Assembly (NCBI GenBank): GCA_004431415.1 | Contig: QPMI01000560.1 | Location: forward strand, 434,001 to 498,000 | Direction of reading: 5' to 3' | DNA from: Cyanophora paradoxa CCMP329 | Taxonomy: Eukaryota > Plantae > Glaucophyta | Length of the DNA stretch: 64,000 nt | Part shown: positions 1-9,217 of the stretch, piece by piece | How the letters are laid out: each line of letters begins with the position of its first letter | Position numbering within the stretch: the stretch's first letter is position 1 | Translations under genes and position numbers: made by a program | Notes under the pieces: model-generated | Told to the model about the DNA's origin: nothing | The model's database searches: none | Seen by the model: only the letters and a program-made list of their open reading frames with translations

Positions 1-629
1 CGCCCGCTGCCGGTAAGAGTCGGGCACAGCTCTGCAGCTCGCTTAAAAAGGTTCTCTCATGCCGGGTCCAGGTACTGGCACGAGGCGGGGCCCGCTGCAC
101 CCGCGGCCCCCGAGGAATCCGAGCTGGAGTGCGCCATCTGCCTCGGGCCCCTGTCGTCCGGCCCGCCCCCCGCCGCCCTCCCCTGCCGCCGTGCGCCCCG
201 CCAACCTTGCCTTGCCCTCCCGCTGGTCTGACGCCCCCCGCAGACCGCTTCCACCGGCGCTGCATCGAGGAATGGCGGGCGAGCCCGCTCGCTGACGGCT
301 GCCCCGAGTGCCGCTGCCCCTTCGACGGCCCGCCGGCTGCAGCCGCCGGCTCCTCCTCGGGCGCCGGGCCGTCGACGCCGGCGCGGGCCGAGCGGGGCGC
401 GCCGGGCCCCGCCTCGCCGCCGCCGCCGCCGCTGCAGCCGGCCTCGCCCGCGACGTCCGAGGAGGGCCCCAGCGCCAGCGCCCCCGCCTCCCCCCTTCCC
501 ACCTCCCCCGCGCGCGCCCGTCCTCTCTCCGGATCCGCCCCGCCGGTGCCGTCCGGCGCCCCGCTTCGCTTTCCGTTGCGCCCCACGCGGCCCTACAGGC
601 CCCCGGGCCTCTTCCCTGATCATGATTGA
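1..629 (+). CDS. 3' end of a CCCH-RING-H2 gene; inverted paralog of the TPR-CCCH-RING family (5' part outside window)
   Basis: Spliced reading ...ARCR|YWH..ECAICLGPLSSGPPPAALPCR|HRFHRRCIEEWRASPLADGCPECR...PTRPYRPPGLFPDHD*. GT-AG introns at ~13-70 and ~191-243. Confidence 0.85.
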   Translation, partial: PAAGKSRAQLCSSLKKVLSCRVQVLARGGARCTRGPRGIRAGVRHLPRAPVVRPAPRRPPLPPCAPPTLPCPPAGLTPPADRFHRRCIEEWRASPLADGCPECRCPFDGPPAAAAGSSSGAGPSTPARAERGAPGPASPPPPPLQPASPATSEEGPSASAPASPLPTSPARARPLSGSAPPVPSGAPLRFPLRPTRPYRPPGLFPDHD

Positions 630-880
630 TTTATTGCGCTCTTTCTTTCCCTTGACGATCACAAGTTCACAGCACTCACACCTCTACAGCTAGATCTAGG
701 CTAGTCTAGATATCGATACCTTCGCACCGGATCCCAGGCGCCGGCTAATTGCAATTAATTTGCAAGCTCGTCCGAGCCACGTGCGCATGCACTCAGTCTC
801 GAAGCTGAAGGCAACCGGCCGCCGGGCCGGGGGCGGGGGGGGGGGGGGGGGTATATCGCCCTCGCTTTCGCCTGAGCAAA

Positions 881-3306
881 ATGCCGGCGCTCCTGAGGCT
901 ACTGCGCCGCTTTCTGCCACGTCGGGAGGTGCGCGCGGTGCGCCCTGCGCGTGCGCACCGCCGCTGACCCCGCCGAACAGCGCGTGGGTCCGGCGGATGA
1001 GCGCCCGGCTTCGGAGCCGGACGCGGGTGGTGGGCGCTTAGTCAGGAGACTCTCGTTCATGTTTCGGCGCCATTCGATCGCAGCGGTGCCCGCGCCGCCG
1101 CAGGAACACCCGACGCCGGCACAACCGGAACCACATCTCGCGCATGTGCTCCGGAGCGACGCGCCCGCGGAGTCCTTCCCGTCGCTGTCGCGCGAATCGT
1201 CGCCCGCGGCTCGCGCAATCGCGTGGGGCGATGCGAGGCGGTCGCCCTCTCCTCGCCCCGCGCTTCTCCTCTCAGCGAGCGGCCGGCGGCGCGTGCGCTC
1301 TGAGCAGTGCATGCGCCTTACGCCGTGCCGCGACGACGACGCGTTGGGGCCCGCTGCGCCGGGCGCCGACGCCGACCCGCTGGACATGCCGGAGGACGAC
1401 CTGCGCTGCCCCATCTCCCAGAAGCTCCTCACCGACGCCGTGCTGACCCCCTGCAAGCACCGCTTCGACTCGAAGAGTGCGCCCGCCCGCTTCTGAGTTC
1501 GCCCCGTCGCCCCGCCGGCCCTCCAGCTCACGCGCCATGCGCGCCAGGCCTGAAGCTCTGGCTGCTGCAGCGGAGCAAGTGCCCGCTGTGCATGGCCCCC
1601 CTCGCGGCCGACGCGCTGCGCGAGGACAGAGCGTTCCGCGAGAAGCTCCGTGCGCGCCCCGCCCCTGCCCCGCTCGCCGCGCCCCGCCTGCCTGCCCCGC
1701 CCCGGCGGGCTCACGCGGGGCGGGCAGAGCGGCGGCTGGAGCTGGACGCGGCGCTGGCGGAGGAGGCGGACGGGGACCTGGCGGCGGCGCTGGCCGAGGC
1801 GTACCGGGAGCAGGAGGAGCGCTCCGGGGCCGGCGAGGCCGCCCTCGGCGCCCTCCACTGGCCCCCGGCTACGACATCTTCGCCGCCGCCGCCGCCCCCG
1901 CCGCGGGCCGCCGCTGGCGGGGCGGGGCGCCCCCGGCTGGAGGGGCCCCCCCAGGGCCGCGACGAGCCGGGCGGGCCCTCGGCGGACCGCCGCGCGCGCG
2001 CGCGGCTGCTCACCATGCTCGAGAGCGAGGCGCGCCCGCACTCCCCGCCGCCCCGTACGTGTCTGACAGCCGCGGGGCCGGCAGGAGGTGCGCGCCTGCG
2101 CCGTGGCGCACTACCGCGCCCTCTGGGGCATCCTCTGCGGTGCTTGGCCCGGCCCGCCCCAGATCAAATCATGATTTGATCCCGGAGGAACGACGGGCAG
2201 AGCTATCGGAGCGGGACTGGGACGAGGCGCTGGACGTCCTCGAGGCCTCCCTCGCCCCCCTCCTCCGCCGCCAGGCCCGCCCCCGCCCTCGGCCGTGGCC
2301 CCGCGCCCTCTGAACAGCGGTACCCCGCCGCGCAGTTCCGGGATGTGGCCTTGGCCTCGTGCCTGGCGCACGCGCGCTTCGCCGCCCGCGCGGTGGCCCA
2401 GGCCGCCCTCGACGCCTACGAGCTCCACCAGGCCCGCCCGCCCCCGCTCGCCTCGCTTCCTCCCTTGTTATCCTGCCTCCTGAGCCTCGCGGCAGGCCGC
2501 CTCGTGGCGGAACGCGGCGGAGCGGGCGCGGGTGGACCGCCGGACGGGCCGCTACGTGGCGCGGGCGCTCGCGGGGGCCGACCTGCGCGCCGCCCTCGCC
2601 TCCGGTGACCTCCGCAACATGCTCTACAGGCGCCCACCTCCTCCCCTTCTCCATTCCACCAGCTCCGCGCAGCTCCTGACGCGCGTACCACTAATAACTC
2701 AGCCTGGAGGAGGACTACGGGGTGCCCGGGGCGGGGCTGCGCGGGGGCCCGCGCCGCGCCCTCCTCCTCCGCCGCCACGCCGTCCTCGTCTACGCCGACG
2801 TCGAGGCGCCCCCGTACCCCCCTCCCCTACCGAGCTCTGTACCCCGTACCCCCTTCGAGCCGGCGGGCGGGGCGCAGGTGGCGTTCGCGCCCTTCCGGCC
2901 CGGAGACCCCGCCCTCGGCGTCCTCGTGCGCGTTGTACCCCCAAGCTCAACCCCCCCCCCCCCCCCCCCCTCTTAGCCCCCCGGGGCAGCCGGCGGGGCT
3001 TGTGGACCGGTGGCTGCTGAACGGGAAGCCCTTCTCGCGGGTCGACCGCCTCCCCCGCATCTCCCTCCTCGTCCCCCGGCCCCGCCCCGCCCCCGGCCCC
3101 GGCCCCGGCCCCGGCGCCCCCCCGGACCTCCTCCTCGTGCGTCTGCCCCCCGCCCCCGCCCACGCCACCTCCTGAGCCGCCCCTGCCTCGCTCCTCAGAT
3201 GAGCCGGGAGGCGGGGCGGGGGATCGAGCCGGTGTGGGTCCTCGAGGAGCGCTCCGACCGCTTCCTCGTCGCCGAGGCCCTCGCCCCGCCCCGCCCCGAC
3301 CCCTGA
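881..3306 (+). CDS. U-box domain protein (multi-exon putative E3 ligase) with an uncharacterised C-terminal region
   Basis: DLRCPISQKLLTDAVLTPCKHRFDSK|SLKLWLLQRSKCPLCMAPL..REDRAFREKL is a U-box pattern. ATG at 881, stop at 3304-3306, several GC-AG introns; internal exon boundaries approximate. Confidence 0.75.
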
Positions 3307-3559
3307 CTCCCGGCCCCGGCCCCGTCCTGAGCCCCTCGCCCGCCCAGCCACGTCCTCCCCGCCCTCTGGCCTCTGCCTGCGTCTCCCGCGTCGCCCATCT
3401 GCTGCGAGCTGCAGGCCCGCCCCGAGCCCGCTTCCCTTCCCCTCCTTACCCCCCCCCCCCCCCCCCCTCCCCGCTCCCCTACTCCATGCTGCTGCATACT
3501 GCGAACTGAAGAGCCTGCTCCCTGAACCCCTCCTCCGATCCAGATCCCCTTCTTGCGAG

Positions 3560-4220
3560 GATCCCGCGGCCGGAAACCTTGAGATTTCATCCAGATCTAA
3601 ATCATCCTTGAATCATCGAATGAGAAGCTTGAACTCGGGGTTTGAACTCGCTGCTGGCTGCAGTCACATGCAATGCGCCATGGCCAGTATCTCGTGATCA
3701 TGATCATGCCACGATGATCACTTGACTTGTCCATGGCCAATCCGTCCCACTTACGTGTACTGCAGCTGATCATGATGATCATGATGGCAAGAGTCTCTGC
3801 TTCCCGGAGTCCGTCTGTCTCGAGTCACTGAGTCGACGTCACTGATCATGCCATGATGCCATGATGCCAATGATGAGTCTTTTACTTCCGAATTGAATCG
3901 AAGTTCAACGGTTCATGCCATGCATATGATGATCAAGCCTTGAAGCTTCCGCCGCTGTACTAAACTATGATATCGATATCGACACCGTGGCACGGTACGA
4001 AGTTCCGAAGTTCATCCATTTCGAACATTGAACAATAGCTAGCGCTAATGTTAACGCTAACGTTCATGATCAGTTGATCATGAAATCCCACGTGCACAAA
4101 ATCCCACTGGTTCAGAGTCTCTTTCGAATTCAGTGCCGCGCTGCTTCTAAGTTACTGCTCGAACCACCGGCCCGATGCTGACTCGTTCAAGGAAGCTTAA
4201 GCTCGTTCGTTCAAGGTTCA
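3560..4220. repeat. Intergenic DNA saturated with overlapping 6-bp palindromes
   Basis: Runs such as tga-tca-tga-tca-tg, gat-atc-gat-atc, cca-tgg-cca, aag-ctt-aag and cat-atg; lower GC than the flanks; no credible ORF. Confidence 0.75.
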
Positions 4221-4366
4221 AATGATTGGTTCAAATCTGTGGGAGGGACACGTAGGGCGAAAGGCGGGGGCGAAAGGCAAGGGATTCCATGATCCGGGGA
4301 GCCGGCTCAGCAAAGCGGTCAAACGGTTTGCAGCGACTGGAGGACAAGGGACGGAGAGGACAGGAC

Positions 4367-7300
4367 TCAAGCGGGGAAGAGGCCCGGGGGCCGGTAGGGC
4401 CGCGTGGGGCGCCGCGGGCCGTCGAGGTGGCGGCGGCACTCGGGGCAGCCGTTGTTGGGCGAGAGCGCCCGCCACTTCTCCAGGCAGGGACGGTGGAAGC
4501 GGTCTGCGGGGGGCGTCAGATAGGCGGGCGGGGAACAAGGCCGGTGGCGGGCGCACGGCGGCAGGAAAGGGCGGCGGCGGGCGGGCCGGCGGCGAGGGGC
4601 TCGAGGCAGATAGCGCACTCGGGCTCGGCCTCCTCGGGGGGCGCCGCGGGTCCGGCGGCCTCATGCTTGTAACTGCCGCTCCGCCGTAAGACTCTGAGAG
4701 GGAGACAAGAAAAGCTGTGCCCGACTCGTACCGGCAGCGGGCCCCGTCGCGGCAAAAGCCGGCGGCGAAGAAGTGGCACGCCTTAAGCGCGCGCCGTTGC
4801 TCCTGAGCGCGCGCCTTCTCTTCGAGTTGCAGATGTTCCGAGGCGGCCGCAGCCGCCCCAGCTGCCCGGCGCGCCTCTTCCTCCCGTTCCTGCTGCTGGC
4901 GCTGATGCTCTGCCTGCCGCACCTCCTCCCGCATTCGCGCCTCCTTCAGCCGCTGCTCCGCCTGCCGCTCCCGCTCGCGCTGCTGCTCCTCTGCTCGCCG
5001 CCGCGCCTCCTCCTCCTCACGCCGCTTCGCCTCCTCCCGCCGCTGCAACTCCGCCGCCATGTGACGCCGCTGCTCCTGTACCCTGCCGCTGCCACTCAAC
5101 GCTCCGGACAAGGCAAAAAAGGGCGGCGGAGCGATGCACCGGTGTAGGGCGTCGGCGCCGGCGCCCGAGCCGGCGAGCTCCCGCTCCGCCCTCTCGGCCT
5201 CCCGCCCGGCCGCCTCCAGCTGGCCCGCCCCCGCCATGCACCCTGCGCGGCCGGCGGCGTCAGGGCGATCTGCAGCCCCGTGCAGAAGCCGGGCGGCGGC
5301 GCACGGATGCGGAGCAGGCGAGCCTCAAAGTCGTCCGGCGACCGCTGCGGCCGCCCCTCAGGCGCAGTGGCGGCGGGCGCCGTGGCGGGCGGCGTGCGGA
5401 CCCTCAAAAGGGCGTCGAGGAGCTTGCGGGCGGGGGCCCACCGCGCGCCCTCCACGTGCCCCCGCGCCGCCTCCTGCCGCGCCGCTCAGAAGAGGTGGTG
5501 TGTGTGTGTGTGTGTGTGTGTTGTTGTTGTTGGGGGGGGGGGGAGATGCGGGCGGGGGCGGGGGTGCGCACGCGGTCGGCGGCGTCGCGGGCGGCGCGCT
5601 CGGCGCGCTCGGCCTCCCGCCGCGCCCGCTCGCGCTCCTCCTCCGCCCGCTGCCGCTCCTCGCGCTCGCGCCTCCGCTGCTCCAGCTTGCTCGCGAGGCG
5701 TGCCTTAGTGTCCCCGATGCGCTCTTGCTCGCGGATGATGCGCTCCTGCTGGGCGGTCAGAGCGTCTCGCGGTAAGAGAGACCATAGGTAGGGAAGGAAC
5801 CATAGCTCCCGGCGGCATATTAGGCGGCGGCCTCTTGTTCGCCTGTGCCCACTCGAACACGAGCTGCGTGATGCCTTCGTTAGGAAAGTGGCCATACACA
5901 TGGCCAGAGGCGAATCCAGACGACGAGCCTTGTTGAAGGCTCCATTTGAGTCGAGATGTGGAGCCTTCGAGTAAAACTCCCACAGAAAGCTGAGCTCCTC
6001 CCCGACATCCGGGTGGGTCGCGCCCAACATCGCCTCGAGAATCGCCCATCCGCGCTGTGGCTCCGCGTGACAAGTTCACGCAAGCTTAAGGCTCGGCGCG
6101 GCAAGGGCGCGGCAAGGAATCCAAGCGGGCCGCACGCGTGCGTCAGGCTCGATCAGCTTAGCTGGCTTGCGAGCTTGGGAGGCGCCGAATATCAGGGCCT
6201 TGCCAACGAGGTAGTGGTTCCGCCCCATGCGCCGCTCGGTCTCGGACACGAGCCGCTGCACGTACGCGTGCGAGGAGTTCAGCGTAGGGCTAGAGATCGC
6301 AGGGCGGAGCAGATCTAGACAGCCGGCGGCATCGGCACCTCAATGACAGCCTCGGCGGCGGCATAGTCCTTCAGCCGGCACTGGAGACGCGCAAGGCTCA
6401 TCGCGGCCGCCGCGAGAGTTCCGCGCTCGACGCAGGCGGCGCAGTCGCGTCCCGCGATCGCCAGGGCCATCTGCGGGGCGGCTCAGGCGGCTCGTTTGGC
6501 ATTGTACATGTGCACCCGGGGCTTGACCTGTATTAGCTCAAGGGCGCGCTCGGAGCGCCCCGTGTCGGCGTAACTCTCTCCAAGGACGATGAGGGGAAAT
6601 GAAACGCCAAGGTTGCAATTGCAGCAACGCCGCGCGATCGACGCCTCGTGCCCCGCTTCCCGCTCATGCGCGAAGGCAGACTGCGAGGGGTGGGTAGCGG
6701 CCAGGGGCCTGGCCTGGGCGCGGAAAGGGTGGAGAACTGACCTTGTAGTACGTCTCGGCGCCCTCCAAGTCTTCCATTTTCTGAAGGCATATTCCCAGCA
6801 CGTACTCCGTCTTGGCTGTGTCCACGTGAATGGGCCCCTGGCTCTCCTGACGGAACGCGAGCGCCCTCTGTACGCGATGTGCACATGTACAGCGTCAAAT
6901 GAGCCTCGGAGGCAGCGCGGTTGAAAACGTTGTGGGGCGAAGACGAACGAGGAGGACCCGCTTGGCGGCTGCGAGTTCGCCCCTGTCCTTGTAAATTGTC
7001 GCGAGGATCTCGGCATGGTTCGCGAGGGCGCAGAGATCGTTCGAACTCGCTGCCCGCAGCTTCGCGTCGTCATCATACTGAGCCAGCACCGACTGCGCAT
7101 ATGCATGCGAGCAATTGCAAGGATCGGAACGGCTTCAACGTCGGTGCGGGAGGCAGAAAGCGCTCGCCGTTCGCGCGCACTTCGTAGAGTCTGACGGCCT
7201 CGTTCAAAGCCGCGGCGGACTTGATCGGGTTCTCGGGCGTATGGGATAGCGCGAAGTACAGATAGGCGAGGTTCTCGGGCTTCTGGGTCGCTTCGAATTC

Positions 7301-7650
7301 GAATTCGGCCGTGGGGTCCTTCGGCCTTAGGCCTTCCGGATCCTTGCACTCCTGCGCCTGCGCGAAGCAGTCGGCTGGAATACGCATAAGGACGTCGACG
7401 CATGCTCGAGAGTGCGAGCGGACGGGACCTTGATGTAGTCGAGATGATCGGCACTGAAACCGGGAGAGATATTGAGACGCTGCAGCTTGCAGACGCCACT
7501 CTTGCATGCGTCGCACATGCTTTCTGGCGTGCATGTGCACTGATCATGAGATCTAGAGTGCGCGTTTCCTTGCATTTCAGCTGCGATGCTTGAAAGCCAC
7601 GACGCAAAGTCCTCGCGCCACTTGCATCTCTCGTTTCTATATCCATCCAT
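4367..7650 (-). CDS. TPR-like/coiled-coil/CCCH/RING-H2 protein, copy A (1 CCCH)
   Basis: Exons include CTCTPESMCDACK, AVRLYE, LAAAKRVLL, RLVSETERRMGRNH, an E/R/Q-rich coil, CHFFAAGFCRDGARCR|YKH and CAICLEPL..CR|HRFHRPCLEKW..CPECR, ending LFPA*. Integrity not verifiable; may be partly decayed. Confidence 0.75.
5497..5543. repeat. (TG)n + (TTG)n microsatellite followed by a G run, inside an intron of copy A
   Basis: Directly visible; absent from the same intron in the paralogs. Confidence 0.9.
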
Positions 7651-7798
7651 CGCGATGGGTGCGAGCGCGAGCGCGCGCCTTGCAATTGCCGGAAAGGAGC
7701 GCAACCGGAACCGCCGCGCTTCGAACCCGCAATTCCGAGCTGCCGAAGGCGGGGTAAATCGCTAGCCCGGTCGGGGCGCCGGATCGCTCGACGACTCG

Positions 7799-9015
7799 AT
7801 GACCGTCCCCAAAGACGCCGGGCTCGAGCACCCGGTGCGCGGGGCCGCCGCGTCCCAGCAGTCAGGCCGATCCCTATGACATCCGCTGACTTCTCCTCCG
7901 TGCTGGAACTGGGCGTTGGCCGGCAGCCTCATAGCGGACGCGGTGCGCTTGCCGCTCCGAGCTCCGATCGCGAACTGCAGCGCTGACGCAGGTCCAGGCC
8001 GGCGGCCGCGGCCTGGCCGGCTGGGTGGAGCAGCGGCTGCTGCGGCTCGCCGAGGAGCGCGGAGGGAAGGAGGAGCTCGAGCGGGGCGAGGCGGCGGAGG
8101 CGGAGGGGCGGGAGGCGTGGCCGGCGCACCTGCGGCTCGGGGCGCGGCTGCTCGGGCGCGGCGGGGCCGGGGCCGAGGCGGCGCTGCTGCGGGGCTTGGC
8201 GGCGCCGGCGCTGGACGCGACGGTCACGCTGGCGCTGCTCGCGCGCTGCGGCGGCGAGCTCGGCCGGCGCCTGGCGGGCGGCGCGGCCGGCGAGGCGGCG
8301 GGGGCGCTCGCGGAGGGGCGGGCGATGTGGGGCCACTCGTGCCGCTGCCCGCACTTCGACGCCGGCGGCTCGCACGAGCCGGCGGCCCTCCTCGCCGCGG
8401 CGCTCGCCCTCTACGGCGCCTGCGGCCTCGACGGCGAGCCGCTGCGGGCGCGCTTCGCGGCGGCGGCGGCGGCGGCGGCGGCGGGGCGGGGGCGGGGCGG
8501 GAGGAGGCGTGGCGGGCGGCGAAGGAGGCGGCGTGGGGGAGCTGGAGCGGGGCCAGGGGTACCGGGGCGACTACGTGGCGCCCGGGGAGCTGGCGCTGGG
8601 GGCCTCCCTCTCGGCGGGGGCCTTCGGGGAGGTCTGGCGCGCCCACTGGCGCGGCCGCCCCGTCGCCGTCAAGGCCCGCCCCGGCCCGGCCCCGACCCCC
8701 AACCCCTCCCGGCCCGGCGCTGGCTGGGGCGGGGCGGGGGCGGGGCGGGGGCGGGGCGGGGGAGGCGTGGCGGGCGGCGAAGGAGGCGGCCTGCGGGCCA
8801 GGCGGGCGCCTCAGGGCGGCGGGGGCGGGGCGGGGCGGGGGGGGGCGGGCCGACCGGAGGAGGGAGGCCTCCTTGAGGAAGGCGCGCACAGCCCGCGCCT
8901 CCCGCAGCCGCACCACCTGCCCCCCGCCCCCGCCCCGGCCCCCCAACCCTCGTGATGGGTTCCTCGGGTTCCTCGTGATGGAACACAGCCCCAACGGCGA
9001 CCTCCGGGGTACCGC
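7799..9015 (+). pseudogene. HEPN-like/TKL kinase gene copy A, truncated and rearranged
   Basis: NWALAGSLIADA..RAMWGHS..GAFGEVW..VAVK present. The next exon is inverted (~8796-8935), and the sequence stops after FLVMEHSPNGDLR with no HxD or DFG. Confidence 0.85.
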
Positions 9016-9217
9016 ATCCTCACCCCCTCCGCCCCTCTCCAGGCTCGTACTCCCAGGCCAGTACTCCCCAACTGTTTACAGCCTACAACAGCCTTACGAG
9101 AGGTACCCATGACTCCGCAAGGTGCGCCACCCCCGCCCCCTCCTCGGAGGATCATCGAAGGCAGTGTACCCCCCTCCTTCTCTTCGTTGGCCCAATATGT
9201 TACTTGAAGCAATTGGA

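Noticed and set aside
3560-4220. Synthetic polylinker or vector contamination (dense restriction sites)
   Set aside because: The same palindromes are dispersed through introns, pseudogenes and the retroelement, and can be traced to single insertions relative to paralogs.
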